The translations under genes were made by a program, and so were the position numbers. Below the pieces are notes generated by a model, which had not been told where the DNA came from, ran no database searches, and saw only the letters and a list, made by a program, of their open reading frames with translations. From Candidatus Latescibacterota bacterium (lineage in GTDB: Bacteria > Latescibacterota > UBA2968), in assembly GCA_965204375.1 (NCBI GenBank), contig OZ241986.1, positions 320,001-384,000 on the forward strand: DNA of 64,000 nucleotides, written 5' to 3'. Positions 26,801 through 38,390 of the stretch are shown here, piece after piece. The stretch's first letter is position 1; every line of letters begins with the position of its first letter.

Positions 26801-28096
26801 TCAGATTTGACGGTGTATATTAAAAAAACGCCCTGTTTTCGTCAAGATTTCCGTGTGCTTAAAAAGCAAATACGGGATGCCCACCAGCGCCAACCCACCG
26901 TATTCTACCCATTGAACCCACACGGCTTCTTCCCATACACCACGGGCCTGATATTGGATCAAAATATGGTAGGATAAGACCACCAGAAGTGAGAAAGTGA
27001 TCCAGGGCGGATGCCGAAAAAAAACGAGAAATGGAATTAACCACACGACATACCACGGATGAAGCGTAGGTGTCAGCAGAACAAAGGCCGCCGCAGTCAG
27101 ATATGCGCAGCGCAACAGGGGAATTCTCTTCCAGATCAGAAACAGAACCACACTTAAAAAGAGCAAGCCAATAATGCCACGCGCTATCTGCCCATTGCCG
27201 CAAAGCAGAATGAGTACATCGAACATCGCGCTGTTAAACGACCAGTGTTGTGCATAAGTGCTCAGGCTACCGAAGACAGATGCGCCGGCCCAGGCATAGG
27301 GCAAATATCCCAGTAGTACGACACCGGGCACCATGAGCAGTGCCGACCAATTGGTTGGCAGCCATCCTTTCCAGCGCACGAAATACGGCAAAAAAACAAG
27401 AGGGAGGAATTTCACCAAAACAGCCCCGCCCAGCGCACTTAGCGCAATGCGATCTCGTCCTGTTAAGAATAAGTACAGTGCGGCTAACAAAGCGACGATG
27501 CCCAGCGATTCGATATGTCCATTTCCTGCGATTTCCACCACGATTAGCGGATGCCAGAAGTAAATTAAAACCCATTGTGGCCGCTGCTCAAAATGCCTGA
27601 GCAAACAGACTATAAGCCATCCCGCAATCAGGTCGGCACACACGAGTAGCACCTTGATGCCCAGTATGCCACCCGAAATCCCATATCCTACCCAGAATGC
27701 CATTTGGGCAATGGGCGGATAAACGGTGGGCAATTCGGGGTGGTTAATTTTGGGGAAAATGAGCGCGTCTCGTACATGCACCAGTTCTTGTGCTGCAGGT
27801 GCAAACCGGTAGGGGTTGACGCCCGCCCACTGTACGCGTCCATCCCACACATAGCGATAAATGTCATCGGATAGCGCGGGAATAGAAAACAAAAGGCTAA
27901 GCCGAAAAACAACGGAAACGATCACAATAGCGGTCAATGGCACATATTTACAATGCCAGATGGCAATGAGATAGGCCACAGATGCAATGCCAAAAAGTAT
28001 AAAAAAAACCGGCACATGCTTGCCCAATGCCGGCATTGCAGCAAAACTGCTCGTCATGACCAACCCCATCAAAAGGGGCACGATCCACCGCTGCAT
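26801..28096 (-). CDS. Membrane glycosyltransferase (GT-C, family 87-like)
   Basis: LSDDIYRYVWDG, NPYRFAP, TVYPP, EIAGNGH, HPWY. Confidence 0.85.
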   Translation of the reverse strand: MQRWIVPLLMGLVMTSSFAAMPALGKHVPVFFILFGIASVAYLIAIWHCKYVPLTAIVIVSVVFRLSLLFSIPALSDDIYRYVWDGRVQWAGVNPYRFAPAAQELVHVRDALIFPKINHPELPTVYPPIAQMAFWVGYGISGGILGIKVLLVCADLIAGWLIVCLLRHFEQRPQWVLIYFWHPLIVVEIAGNGHIESLGIVALLAALYLFLTGRDRIALSALGGAVLVKFLPLVFLPYFVRWKGWLPTNWSALLMVPGVVLLGYLPYAWAGASVFGSLSTYAQHWSFNSAMFDVLILLCGNGQIARGIIGLLFLSVVLFLIWKRIPLLRCAYLTAAAFVLLTPTLHPWYVVWLIPFLVFFRHPPWITFSLLVVLSYHILIQYQARGVWEEAVWVQWVEYGGLALVGIPYLLFKHTEILTKTGRFFNIHRQI

Positions 28097-28107
28097 AAGT
28101 ATCTCTT

Positions 28108-28251
28108 GACGAATAGACGAATAGACGGAGCGGGGTACAACTGGCCGGTGAACGAGCCTGAAAAGCGGCTCGTTGTACACCATCCTCAGGCCAGTTCATA
28201 GACGAACCCCGCTACCCCAAGTCAGTGCAAATCCCGATTCGTTGATTCGTT
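28108..28251. repeat. Second copy of the composite octamer/hairpin repeat (scaffold inverted)
   Basis: GACGAATA repeats, module GGAGCGGGGTACAACTGGCC..GGCCAGTTCAT at 28127-28199, GATTCGTT repeats. Confidence 0.85.
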
Positions 28252-29158
28252 ACCGCTGGTCTTGCTCAATATGTCGCCGATGCGTGTTAATTTGCAAAAC
28301 GATTTTGCCCTGCTTAAATACGCGAACTGTTCCTGTTGACTCAGAAATAGCCAGGGCGATGGCTCGGGTAGTTTTGGTAATCGCCGCCGCCGCCACATGC
28401 CGTGCGCCCAACCCCTTGGGCAAAGTGAGACCGCGCACACTCGCTGAAATATAGCGCCCTCCAGATATAATAACCCCATCTTCCCGAATAATAAATGCGC
28501 CATCCATCAGCGATACTTCTTTGACCCCTTCGTGAACATCGGGATTGCAGATATTTTTTTCTTTATCGGAATATCCGCGAAAAGGATCAAATGTCATGGA
28601 TCGCGAATGGTGCAAAACCCGTTTGGAATCGCCAATGACAAATAAGGTGCCGACCGATTCGCCTTCGCGACCTTCCTTGCCAATATTGATGGCAAGATCG
28701 AGCGTGGTTTTGACAACTTTGAGCGGTAAATTGCCCGCTATGGCTGCAATTTTTGCCGGGTCGTATATATCAAACCCAATACTGGTATCCATCACCGTTA
28801 TCGCATCTACGCCCCGAGAGGCCAGCATGCTACTCAGGCATACCAATCGCGCATCTCGGCGAATATATCCACTCTCCAGGCCCCTGATAATGCATTGTCG
28901 CAATTGTTCGAAGGGAGTGCCATCACTTCTGCGATAATCATAAGTTAAACGCTGTACACCCTTTTCTTCCACACCACTCAAAAAGTGTTTTTTTCCCGTA
29001 ACAATCAGGACCTGACAGGTGGCGTTCAGCCTGTGAACATCATCTTGGCTCACGCCGGAATTAGCCACGAGCAGGATCATATCAGCGCAGGTTTCCCGTG
29101 CCAAACTTTTGGCAGTACTCAGCAAGGGCTGCGTGTGATTTTCGTTTGATTTAGCCAT
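28250..29158 (-). CDS. Diadenylate cyclase (DisA_N domain, DacZ/CdaZ-like with pyruvate-kinase-C-like N-terminus)
   Basis: EGREGESVGTLF, MDGAFII, GLGARHVAAA, ISESTG. Confidence 0.85.
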   Translation of the reverse strand: MAKSNENHTQPLLSTAKSLARETCADMILLVANSGVSQDDVHRLNATCQVLIVTGKKHFLSGVEEKGVQRLTYDYRRSDGTPFEQLRQCIIRGLESGYIRRDARLVCLSSMLASRGVDAITVMDTSIGFDIYDPAKIAAIAGNLPLKVVKTTLDLAINIGKEGREGESVGTLFVIGDSKRVLHHSRSMTFDPFRGYSDKEKNICNPDVHEGVKEVSLMDGAFIIREDGVIISGGRYISASVRGLTLPKGLGARHVAAAAITKTTRAIALAISESTGTVRVFKQGKIVLQINTHRRHIEQDQR

Positions 29159-29211
29159 ATTATGAGAAGGTCATGCTGGCCCTGTAAATACGCCCCAAAA
29201 CTACCGTTTAA

Positions 29212-29831
29212 CTACCGCCGGGAGGAGAAGCGCCGCCGCCGACCATAAGTCACATTTTCTTCTTGAGATACGTTGTGCGACGCTATGACCCCTCCCCGTT
29301 CTAAATCTAAAAATTCCCCGGGAATATGTTTGGTCAATATGGTTGGGCCACAATCGTAGAAATGCACGCCAGCCTGATGGGCGCGTGTCGCTGCAATGCG
29401 TATGACTGCCCCTCGGCGTCCGGGTCTGGCACTTAACCGCGCGGCGACATCGGCGTCAAATGACAAATGTACATAATCGCGATCATCTGGTACCAGACCC
29501 TCAGATAATAATCGCTCAACATCGGCGGAATCCACGCCCTTGTACAAAAATTCGGGTGGTTCTGATGGATCGAGGCCCAGATCGATGGAAAACTGTGCCC
29601 ATAACGCGCGCGAATGCGATTTTCCACAATCTCGAAACGTTGCTTTTCTCCATCATAAACCACTTTTTCAATATCTTCAAGAGTAAATGTCGAATTTCGG
29701 TCTTGAAATGCACGTAAAACCTCGTCGAGGTCGGCAAAACCATAGCGATCGACTTGCAGTCCAAACTCATCGGGCCTGTGTCGCAACATCAATGACAACA
29801 ATTTGGAAATGTGTACAATTCTTGGTGCCAT
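29212..29831 (-). pseudogene. kptA: RNA 2'-phosphotransferase, frameshifted
   Basis: SKLLSLMLRHRP, KQRFE, IRARYGHS in one frame; LYKG..YVHLS in the next; 1-nt shift at ~29587-29592. Confidence 0.85.
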
Positions 29832-29855
29832 GCGCTTTCTCCGTAATAATAATCT

Positions 29856-31223
29856 CTATGAAAACACCACATCTTGCGCGGCATCCACATCCTGAACGCC
29901 AATCAACGATAGGCCATCGGGAATGCGCGCCCCACTCAAATTTGCTTTGGCGGCAATACACCGCGTGAAGCCCAGTTTGCGCGCTTCGGTCATTCTGCGT
30001 TCAATTTGACCAACCGCACGCACTTCTCCGCCCAATCCAACTTCGCCAATTACAACCGTATCGCGGGACATCTGTCTGCTGCGAAAGCTCGACGCCATAG
30101 CCATAGCTACACCCAGATCGACAGCGGGTTCGTCAATGCGCAGGCCTCCTGCGACGTTTAAAAAAATATCCTCAGTACCCAATTGCAGGCCCGATCGTTT
30201 TTCGAGCACGGCAATTAAAATCGCCATCCGCCGCGCATCAAATCCCGTGGCCACGCGCTGCGGGTACCCGAAATTGCTGCGACTGACCAGTGCTTGTACT
30301 TCGACCAAAATGGGACGTGTACCTTCAATTGTGCAAACAATGGCTGTGCCTTCTCGGTCGGCCTCGCGCTCGGGCAAGAATACCTGTGAGGGATTATCCA
30401 CTGCGACCATCCCCCGATCACACATTTCAAAAATGCCAATTTCATTTGTCGAGCCAAACCGGTTCTTGGCAGCCCGCAAAATGCGAAATGCACCGTGTTG
30501 TTCGCCCTCCAGGTAAAGTACGGTATCGACGATGTGTTCGAGCACGCGCGGTCCTGCAACCGTGCCTTCTTTGGTGACATGCCCGATTAAAAAAATCGAT
30601 GTGCCCGTGCGTTTGCCCAGTGCCACCAGTTTTGCAGAAGATTCTCTGACTTGTGCCACACTTCCCGGCGCGCTTTGTAGATCTGGGCTAAAAATGGTCT
30701 GCACCGAATCGACCACAACCGCAATGGGCTGCATTTCTTCGATGTAGCCGCAAATTAGATCGAGATTGGATTCAGAAATCAAGTACAATTCATCGGATAA
30801 CGCGCCGATTCTTTGGGCACGCATCCGCGTTTGGCGAGGGGACTCTTCTGCGGATACGTACAGCGTCTTCATACCCGAAAACGCGAGTTGTGCAACGCCT
30901 TGCAAGAGCAATGTGGATTTGCCAATGCCGGGATCGCCACCGACAAGCGCAGCCATGCCGGGCACTATGCCGCCACCCAATGTGCGGTCAAATTCGCCGA
31001 TAGCTGTCTCAATGCGGTCTTCTCTGCCGCCCACCACTTCCGTAATCGGCTGCGGCGGATTTGCTTTGATCCATTCTTCCGCACGCCTGTTTTGTTTTAC
31101 ATCGGGCGATGCCTGTTCTTCGACACAGGTGTTCCATTCACCACAGGATACACACCGACCAAACCACCGTCTCGAATCAGCACCGCATTGCTGACATACA
31201 TACCGCACGCGCACTTTGCCCAT
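29856..31223 (-). CDS. radA: DNA repair protein RadA/Sms
   Basis: CQQCG..WFGRCVSCGEW, GDPGIGKST, KNRFG, GEVGLGGE. Confidence 0.97.
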   Translation of the reverse strand: MGKVRVRYVCQQCGADSRRWFGRCVSCGEWNTCVEEQASPDVKQNRRAEEWIKANPPQPITEVVGGREDRIETAIGEFDRTLGGGIVPGMAALVGGDPGIGKSTLLLQGVAQLAFSGMKTLYVSAEESPRQTRMRAQRIGALSDELYLISESNLDLICGYIEEMQPIAVVVDSVQTIFSPDLQSAPGSVAQVRESSAKLVALGKRTGTSIFLIGHVTKEGTVAGPRVLEHIVDTVLYLEGEQHGAFRILRAAKNRFGSTNEIGIFEMCDRGMVAVDNPSQVFLPEREADREGTAIVCTIEGTRPILVEVQALVSRSNFGYPQRVATGFDARRMAILIAVLEKRSGLQLGTEDIFLNVAGGLRIDEPAVDLGVAMAMASSFRSRQMSRDTVVIGEVGLGGEVRAVGQIERRMTEARKLGFTRCIAAKANLSGARIPDGLSLIGVQDVDAAQDVVFS

Positions 31224-31235
31224 GGGCTATTTTCC

Positions 31236-32609
31236 TCAGGGAAATTCGCGATAGATTTCGGGGTTTTCAAAGCGAAGAAATTCCGCCTGAAAGGTCAAAA
31301 AAACGCTGCCAATCGGCCCGCTACGCTGTTTGCCCAATATGATCTCAGCCACGTTTTCTTGCGTATTGCCCTCTTCATCTACGATGCCATATACCTCGGG
31401 GCGAAAGAGAAACATCACCACATCCGCGTCCTGTTCCAGCGAGCCACTCTCGCGCAAATCGGCCAATTGTGGCCGTTTATCCGTGCGACTTTCCACAGCT
31501 CGCGACAATTGCGCACAGGCAACGAGCGGAATATCGAGTTCTTTGGCGAGGGCTTTCAGGGACCGCGAGATATAGGCGATTTCCTGTTCGCGGCTGCCAA
31601 AACTTTCAGATGTGGTCATCAGTTGTAGATAATCGACAATGATTATCTCAATATTGTATTCGGATTTGGCGCGGCGCGCTTTGGCACGCAGTTCCATGAC
31701 GGAAATAGCAGGCGTGTCATCGATGTATATGGGGGCTTCAATGAGCTTTCCCGTCCACTCGGATAAGCGCTGCCATTCCTCTTCTGATAGCCTGCCCGTT
31801 CGCAAACGGTGCGAACTCACGCGCGCTTCTGCACACAAGAGTCGCTGTGCGAGTTGCTCTGTTGACATTTCCAGAGAAAAATACAATACGGGTGTACTGC
31901 CCTTCACGGCGGCATTGCGCGCCATGCACAATGTGAGTGCTGTTTTGCCCATCGATGGACGCGATGCGAGGATGATCAGGTCCGAAGACTGCAAGCCCGC
32001 TGTGATTTCATCCAGGTCCGTATAGCCCGTGGTCACGCCAGTCAGCGCGCCTGGTTGTTCGTGCGCGCGCTCAATCGCTACATAAGCCTCTTCAATTGCG
32101 GATGCAAGGGGCATAACGCCTTTGCCCAATTCGCCTTCGGCTATTTGAAAGACCCGTTGTTCGGCACGGTCAATGAGCTCGCGCACATCCTCGGTTTCTT
32201 CATAGCTTTCGGTAAGCGTTTGGGTCGCTGCGGCTATCAATCGCCGCCTCTGCGCCTTTTCCAGTACGATCTGCGCGTGGTATTCGGCATTGGCTGCTGT
32301 CGCCATTTCACTGGCTAACTCAGCAATGAAAACCGCGCCGCCGACATCGTCGAGTTGTCCTCGTCGCACGAGTTCTGCGGTCAGTGTGACTTGATCGACG
32401 GGATCGCCGCGCTCAGATAATTTTTGAATTGCCGCATAGACTTTTCGATGTGGCGTATGGTAAAACGCCGTTTCATCCCCCAATACTTCTACCGCGCGAT
32501 TGATTGCCATATTGTCAATCAACATGGCGCCCAATACAGCGCGTTCGACTTCGAGTGCCTGAGGCTGTGCGCGTTCAGCCGTGTTCAATGTCGGATTTTG
32601 GGCGGCCAT
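31236..32609 (-). CDS. dnaB: Replicative DNA helicase
   Basis: SRPSMGKT, VDYLQL, QLSRAVE, DLRESGSLEQDAD. Confidence 0.97.
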   Translation of the reverse strand: MAAQNPTLNTAERAQPQALEVERAVLGAMLIDNMAINRAVEVLGDETAFYHTPHRKVYAAIQKLSERGDPVDQVTLTAELVRRGQLDDVGGAVFIAELASEMATAANAEYHAQIVLEKAQRRRLIAAATQTLTESYEETEDVRELIDRAEQRVFQIAEGELGKGVMPLASAIEEAYVAIERAHEQPGALTGVTTGYTDLDEITAGLQSSDLIILASRPSMGKTALTLCMARNAAVKGSTPVLYFSLEMSTEQLAQRLLCAEARVSSHRLRTGRLSEEEWQRLSEWTGKLIEAPIYIDDTPAISVMELRAKARRAKSEYNIEIIIVDYLQLMTTSESFGSREQEIAYISRSLKALAKELDIPLVACAQLSRAVESRTDKRPQLADLRESGSLEQDADVVMFLFRPEVYGIVDEEGNTQENVAEIILGKQRSGPIGSVFLTFQAEFLRFENPEIYREFP

Positions 32610-33280
32610 CAGATTTCAGTCCCATCGTAAAGTTTGCGAACCAGTTTCAAGTCTTCCCATGCAGGGCGCTTCCAGTGTGCATTTCTCAACAGGGCAGCAG
32701 GGTGATATGTGGGGACTAATTTCGCGCCCTGATATTCAAAAATTTGTCCTCGCAAACGCCCCATTGACTCGGTGGTCTGCAACAGGGTTTGCGCGGCAAA
32801 ACGTCCCAAAGTACAGATTACAACCGGCGCAATCAAATCAATTTGTTGTAGCAGATAAGGCTGACATTCAGCAATTTCATCGGGTTTGGGATCCCGGTTA
32901 TTGGGAGGCCTGCATTTGATAATGTTGGTGATATAGACGTCTTCGCGCGTCAAACCCATGGCTTCGATCATTCGCGTCAACAATTGTCCCGCAGCCCCTA
33001 CAAAAGGCAACCCCTGCCGGTCTTCTTCCGCACCGGGTGCTTCACCGACAAACATGAGGTCTGCATTAGTGCGTCCGCTTCCAAACACGACTGAGATGCG
33101 CGTTTGCGCCAATCCACATTTTTGACAGTTGCAAGCCTCTTGATCCAAAATAGTCAGGGGATCAGCGCCTGATTCCCGATTATCCATCCGCGCAACCGAG
33201 GCGGGCGCATAAGCGATTTCTCGCGATAGAAAATCGCGTGCAAGCGCGAGGGTTTCCAAGAGGTCGGGGGATTCATCCAT
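32609..33280 (-). CDS. Uracil-DNA glycosylase family 4
   Basis: [24 protein letters not shown]. Confidence 0.93.
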   Translation of the reverse strand: MDESPDLLETLALARDFLSREIAYAPASVARMDNRESGADPLTILDQEACNCQKCGLAQTRISVVFGSGRTNADLMFVGEAPGAEEDRQGLPFVGAAGQLLTRMIEAMGLTREDVYITNIIKCRPPNNRDPKPDEIAECQPYLLQQIDLIAPVVICTLGRFAAQTLLQTTESMGRLRGQIFEYQGAKLVPTYHPAALLRNAHWKRPAWEDLKLVRKLYDGTEI

Positions 33281-34478
33281 GCGCGTTCTCCCAACGCGAC
33301 ACCAGCCAATCCAAAATGCGGTCTGCCACATCGCGTTTGGACATCAGAGGCAATGCGACAGGTTCTCGATGGGATTCTATAAAAGTCACGACATTGGTAT
33401 CGACGCCAAATCCCGCACCTTCCACATTCAATTCGTTCAGCACAATCAGGTCAAGGTTTTTCTCGTGGAGTTTTTTGCGGGCATTTTCCAGCGCGTGATC
33501 GGTTTCCATCGCAAACCCGATTACGACTCGCTCACCCTTGTTTTGTCCCAGGGAAATTAAAAAATCTTCGTTGGGTAGAAGGTGAAGCGAAAGACCGCCA
33601 TCGCGTTTTTTGATTTTTGATTTGGACACATGTTCGGGGCGAAAATCGAGTACTGCTGCGGTCATAATTAGCGCGTCGGCATGCTGATATGCGCGGACGG
33701 TTGCTACTTTTAAGTCGGCAACTGTGCGGATAGATTCGACCTGTACACCGGCGGGGGCGGTGAGTTCTGTTGGCCCGCTGATCAACGCGACATCAGCCCC
33801 TCGGCGGCACGCTTGTTCGGCAATGGCATAGCCCATTTTACCCGTTGAGCGATTGGTGATAAAACGCACGGGATCAATGGGTTGCTCGGTTCTGCCCGCT
33901 GTCACTACAATGCGTTTCCCGGCAAGTGATTGCGTCGCGCCTATCATACTACTGGCTTCATCCACAATCTCATGGGGTTCGGCCATGCGCCCCATTCCCT
34001 CGGCACCCGAGGCGAGTAATCCCGCCCCCGGCCCAACCATCCGATAGCCATCTTTTTTTAAGAGCTCGACATTTTGCCGCACAGCACCGCGTTCCCACAT
34101 TTGAGTTTCCATTGCCGGGGCGAGTAAAACAGGTGCTTCTGCAGCCAACAACGCACAGGTCAAAAGGTCGTCGGCTAATCCATGGGCCAATTTTCCCATG
34201 CAATTTGCAGTTGCTGGCGCAACAATGATTAGATCGGCCCACTTGCCCAAATGTACGTGGATAACATCGGGGTCGCCGTCTGACGGAAACAAATCCGTAT
34301 AGACGCGATGGTGTGAGAGTGCTTCAAAAGTGAGGGGCTGCACAAACTTCTGTGCAGAAGGTGTCATGACCACCCGAACCTCTGCGCCTGCATTCTGAAG
34401 GAGGCGCAATAAGAATACGCTTTTATAGGCGGCAATTCCACCGCTAACGCCCAGCAGAATCCTCTTTCCCGTCAGCAT
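33273..34478 (-). CDS. coaBC: Phosphopantothenoylcysteine decarboxylase/ligase
   Basis: [35 protein letters not shown]. Confidence 0.96.
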   Translation of the reverse strand: MLTGKRILLGVSGGIAAYKSVFLLRLLQNAGAEVRVVMTPSAQKFVQPLTFEALSHHRVYTDLFPSDGDPDVIHVHLGKWADLIIVAPATANCMGKLAHGLADDLLTCALLAAEAPVLLAPAMETQMWERGAVRQNVELLKKDGYRMVGPGAGLLASGAEGMGRMAEPHEIVDEASSMIGATQSLAGKRIVVTAGRTEQPIDPVRFITNRSTGKMGYAIAEQACRRGADVALISGPTELTAPAGVQVESIRTVADLKVATVRAYQHADALIMTAAVLDFRPEHVSKSKIKKRDGGLSLHLLPNEDFLISLGQNKGERVVIGFAMETDHALENARKKLHEKNLDLIVLNELNVEGAGFGVDTNVVTFIESHREPVALPLMSKRDVADRILDWLVSRWENAHG

Positions 34479-34671
34479 AGGTCACCTGAATTTTCTTTTC
34501 TACAATTCGGTCCAGTGCAATGGTTGTTATTTTTTCTTCACCTTCGGGCACACCCGCAACCAGCCGGGCTTTATTCAACCTTCGCGCTTCTTTTGATGCC
34601 AGCAATACGGCTTTATAGGTATTCATATCCCCTTCAACTGTTAATTCCTCAGTGAAAAATACATTCGACAT
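34444..34671 (-). CDS. rpoZ: RNA polymerase omega subunit (probable)
   Basis: NTYKAVLLASKEARRL..EKITTIAL; gmk-rpoZ-coaBC synteny. Confidence 0.7.
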   Translation of the reverse strand: MSNVFFTEELTVEGDMNTYKAVLLASKEARRLNKARLVAGVPEGEEKITTIALDRIVEKKIQVTYADGKEDSAGR

Positions 34672-34748
34672 AACGCACTCCTTGTTAGAAATGGGCTTTC
34701 GCACTGCAATAACGGACCAGAGACAGGCCGGGAGCATAGCACGAGTTT

Positions 34749-35402
34749 TTAGAGACTCAAACGACGCAAACACATCCGCCGTGTGCGCCGTCGCTCTGCG
34801 CGAATAATAGCGAACAAATCGGCGATGGCCTGTTCCAATTTGTCATTTACGACAACGTAATCGCTGTTTTTTGCCTGGACGAGTTCAGAAACGGCATTTT
34901 CCATACGCAAGCGAAAGGCCGAAGCACTTTCAGACTGCCGCGCATTGAGGCGCTCTGCAAGCACATCGAGAGAAGGCGGCACGACAAATACGGTCACGCA
35001 GCGATCTCCCAAGACTTTTTTCCACGCGGCCACACCTTGCACATCGACGTCCATTAACATCACATGTCCACCGCACAGAGCTTCTGCAACCGCGTCGAAT
35101 GTCGCGCCGTAAAGATGTCCATGTACTTCGGCAGACTCGATAAAATCGCCTCGCGTTTGCATGGATTCAAATTGTGCAACTGTCACAAAATGACGGGCAA
35201 CACCCTGTATTTCGTCATCGCGAGGTGGTCGCGTCGTTGTCGTCACACAGCGCCGTATGCTTGAATCTGCACGCAAAACCCCCTGGCACATCGACGTTTT
35301 TCCAACTCCCGATGGCCCGGCGACGACCACGGCAAATGCGGCGGGATTATCACTCAGCTTTTGCCGAATCCATTCAACATCAGTTTCTTCTGATTTAATC
35401 AT
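34749..35402 (-). CDS. gmk: Guanylate kinase
   Basis: GPSGVGKT, TTRPPR, VHGHLYG, DVDVQG. Confidence 0.95.
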   Translation of the reverse strand: MIKSEETDVEWIRQKLSDNPAAFAVVVAGPSGVGKTSMCQGVLRADSSIRRCVTTTTRPPRDDEIQGVARHFVTVAQFESMQTRGDFIESAEVHGHLYGATFDAVAEALCGGHVMLMDVDVQGVAAWKKVLGDRCVTVFVVPPSLDVLAERLNARQSESASAFRLRMENAVSELVQAKNSDYVVVNDKLEQAIADLFAIIRAERRRTRRMCLRRLSL

Positions 35403-35411
35403 CCGCGATTT

Positions 35412-36284
35412 TTACTCGATGTTTTGAACCTGTTCTTTGAGTTTTTCAATTTCTTCTTTGATATCCACGACCACATGGGCTATCGTCGCATCACCCGCTT
35501 TGGATCCCATGGTATTGGCTTCCCTGAGCATTTCTTGCAGCAAAAAATTGAGACGACGGCCAACTGCTTCTTTGCGTTCGAGCATCTCGAGAAACTGCGC
35601 GTTGTGACTGTGAAAACGCACACATTCTTCTGTTATGTCGCTGCGGTCAGCCAAGAGGGCAATTTCCATCAACAACCTGCTCTCATCAATTTGTTCAGGT
35701 GTTAATAATTGCGCCAATTTTTCCTCTAACCGCGTTCGAACAGTTTCTACACGCTCGGGTGCGAGGGCTTCGACGCGTTGGAGAAAATCGTTGAGTACTG
35801 AAATGCGCGTGCAGAGATCACGGGCGAGTTTTTCACCTTCTGTTAGGCACATGGCCCGACAGGCGTCAATGGCTTGACAGAGTGCAACAGATACCACTTG
35901 CCAGAGGGCTTCAGAATCGAGTTCGGGAACTTCAAATGCGAATATTTGAGGCAATTGGGCCATTTGCATCAAATCGATATCGCCCGATATATCCGCGCGA
36001 ATTTTCTCGATCCCTTTGAGATATGCGGCCAGCACTTCGGGCTTGAGTACGGGAAGGCCCTGCTCTGATGCAGCATCCTGCAAAGTGATACTTACATCGA
36101 GTCGTCCTCTTGTAAAGACCGATAAAACGCGTTCTTTGATGCGAGGTTCAAGCTCAGACAAAGAACGGGGCATGCGTACCATCACATCGCCATAGCGTCC
36201 ATTGACCGACCGAATTTCAACAATAACGCGGCCTAATTCCCCTTCTGCAACACCCTTTCCAAAACCGGTCATGCTGGCGACCAT
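35412..36284 (-). CDS. yicC: YicC/YloC family endoribonuclease
   Basis: SMTGFG, EIRSVN, GRRLNFLLQEMLREANT, EQVQNIE. Confidence 0.93.
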   Translation of the reverse strand: MVASMTGFGKGVAEGELGRVIVEIRSVNGRYGDVMVRMPRSLSELEPRIKERVLSVFTRGRLDVSITLQDAASEQGLPVLKPEVLAAYLKGIEKIRADISGDIDLMQMAQLPQIFAFEVPELDSEALWQVVSVALCQAIDACRAMCLTEGEKLARDLCTRISVLNDFLQRVEALAPERVETVRTRLEEKLAQLLTPEQIDESRLLMEIALLADRSDITEECVRFHSHNAQFLEMLERKEAVGRRLNFLLQEMLREANTMGSKAGDATIAHVVVDIKEEIEKLKEQVQNIE

Positions 36285-36585
36285 ACCCGCTCCCACCTGC
36301 TGGCAAATGCAGTAAAAATGTCTGAAATAATAGCCAAAAAAGATAGTCAATTTACATATTATTGTCAATCAAACTGGATAGAACTACGGATTTGAGGTTG
36401 TCAATCGCATTTTCTCACGTCTCGCAATTGGGGGTATCAGGTGGTGCTTTTCTACAATCAGGTCTTAGATTGACTTGAACAGGGCAAGGCGGTATATTCT
36501 CATGCTTTATAGCTTTCATTGCGCTACTGAGACAGTCAGACGCGCTTTCATACACGAATTTCCGAACTTGTTACAACACAAAAAC

Positions 36586-38385
36586 ATGAATCTCCAGAAT
36601 ATTCGAAATTTTTCCATTATCGCGCATATTGATCACGGTAAATCGACTCTGGCCGACCGGTTGCTCGAACAGACGCAAACTCTGAGCAAATTTCAAATGC
36701 AAGATCAGGTGCTCGATAGCATGGACCTCGAACGCGAGCGGGGTATTACCATCAAGTCGCACGCCATTCGCATGGATTATACAGCGCCAGATGGTCAGAT
36801 TTATGAACTCAATCTCATCGATACGCCGGGTCATGTCGATTTCTCTTATGAGGTCTCGCGCAGTCTCACCGCGTGTGAGGGGGCGTTGCTCCTCGTTGAC
36901 GCGGCGCAGGGAGTTGAAGCCCAAACCGTTAGCAATGTCCTCCTCGCCATGGAGCACGACCTGTTCATCATTCCCGTGATTAATAAAATTGACCTGCCCG
37001 GTGCCGAGGTTGATCGCGTAGTGATGCAACTTCACGATTTGCTCGGTGTCGAAGAAGAAGAAATTGTCAAAATCAGTGCTAAAGAGGGCATTGGGATCGA
37101 TAAACTTCTGACTGCCATCATCGATGAGATACCACCCCCTGAAGGGAATCCGGACGCACCGCTTAAGGCTCTCATTTTCGATTCCATTTTCGATCAATAT
37201 CGCGGTGTCGTGGCTTATGTGCGCGTGTTTGATGGTGTTTTGGAAAAAAATATGCCTATCCGCCTCTTTTCGACCCACCAAAATTACGACGCCGAAGAGA
37301 TCGGTACTCTCAAACTCAAACGCATCAAACAACAAAGCCTCAGCACGGGCGAAGTTGGGTATCTCATCGCGGGTATCAAAGATCTTGAAGACGCCCGGGT
37401 AGGCGATACCGTTACCGGCTCTGCGAATCCCGCCTCTCATCCCTTGCCCGGCTACCAGGAAGTCAAACCCATGGTCTTTGCCGGACTTTATCCCGTATCA
37501 TCAGATGACTTTGAAAACCTTCGCTCTGCGCTCGAAAAACTGCACCTTAACGATGCGTCATTGTCCTACGAACCCGAAACTTCGACAGCACTCGGTTTCG
37601 GGTTTCGATGTGGCTTTCTGGGCCTGCTTCACATGGAAATTGTCCAGGAGCGACTGGACCGCGAATTTGACATAGACATCATCACTACTGTGCCCAATGT
37701 CGAATATCGCGTGCGTCTGACCAGTGGCGAGCAAATCGATGTGCAAAATCCCGCTGAGATGCCACCTGCGGGAAATATAGAAGATATTGCCGAACCCATA
37801 CTCGATGCCCAAATTCTGGTGCCCTCTGAATATGTGGGCAATATTATGCGTATTGCACAAGATCGTCGAGGCCATTATCGGACGACCGAATACATCGATC
37901 CCACCCGTGCCCTCTTGCGCTATGATCTGCCGTTATCCGAAATTGTAATCGATTTCTACGACCGCCTCAAATCGGTCTCGCGCGGTTATGCATCGTTTGA
38001 CTACGAATACAAAAAACACCAGGCAGCGGATCTGGTCAAACTCGACCTGCTCATCAATGGCGAACCCTTAGACGCACTCTCTGCAATTGTTCACCGCGAT
38101 AAAGCCTATGAATGGGGGCGCGCGTTGAGCCAAAAACTCAAAGCACTGATCCCGCGCCAGCTCTTTGAAGTCGTTATTCAAGCGGCAATCGGTGCCAAAG
38201 TGATCTCGCGCGAAACCGTGCGTCCCTTCCGCAAGAATGTTACTGCCAAATGTTATGGCGGCGATATTACCCGCAAGCGCAAACTCCTCGAGCGTCAAAA
38301 AGAGGGCAAAAAGCGCATGAAACAAGTCGGCGCAGTAGAAATTCCTCAAGAGGCGTTTCTCGCTGTTTTGCAGATGGAAGTGTGA
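36586..38385 (+). CDS. lepA: Elongation factor 4
   Basis: [39 protein letters not shown]. Confidence 0.98.
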   Translation: MNLQNIRNFSIIAHIDHGKSTLADRLLEQTQTLSKFQMQDQVLDSMDLERERGITIKSHAIRMDYTAPDGQIYELNLIDTPGHVDFSYEVSRSLTACEGALLLVDAAQGVEAQTVSNVLLAMEHDLFIIPVINKIDLPGAEVDRVVMQLHDLLGVEEEEIVKISAKEGIGIDKLLTAIIDEIPPPEGNPDAPLKALIFDSIFDQYRGVVAYVRVFDGVLEKNMPIRLFSTHQNYDAEEIGTLKLKRIKQQSLSTGEVGYLIAGIKDLEDARVGDTVTGSANPASHPLPGYQEVKPMVFAGLYPVSSDDFENLRSALEKLHLNDASLSYEPETSTALGFGFRCGFLGLLHMEIVQERLDREFDIDIITTVPNVEYRVRLTSGEQIDVQNPAEMPPAGNIEDIAEPILDAQILVPSEYVGNIMRIAQDRRGHYRTTEYIDPTRALLRYDLPLSEIVIDFYDRLKSVSRGYASFDYEYKKHQAADLVKLDLLINGEPLDALSAIVHRDKAYEWGRALSQKLKALIPRQLFEVVIQAAIGAKVISRETVRPFRKNVTAKCYGGDITRKRKLLERQKEGKKRMKQVGAVEIPQEAFLAVLQMEV

Positions 38386-38390
38386 GGAAA

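Noticed and set aside
36475-36585. N-terminal extensions in the ORF track (lepA, yicC, udg, rpoZ, tesA, cinA, GT-C, AAA ATPase)
   Set aside because: Family similarity and RBS position favour the downstream starts; the GT-C extension simply reads through a repeat.
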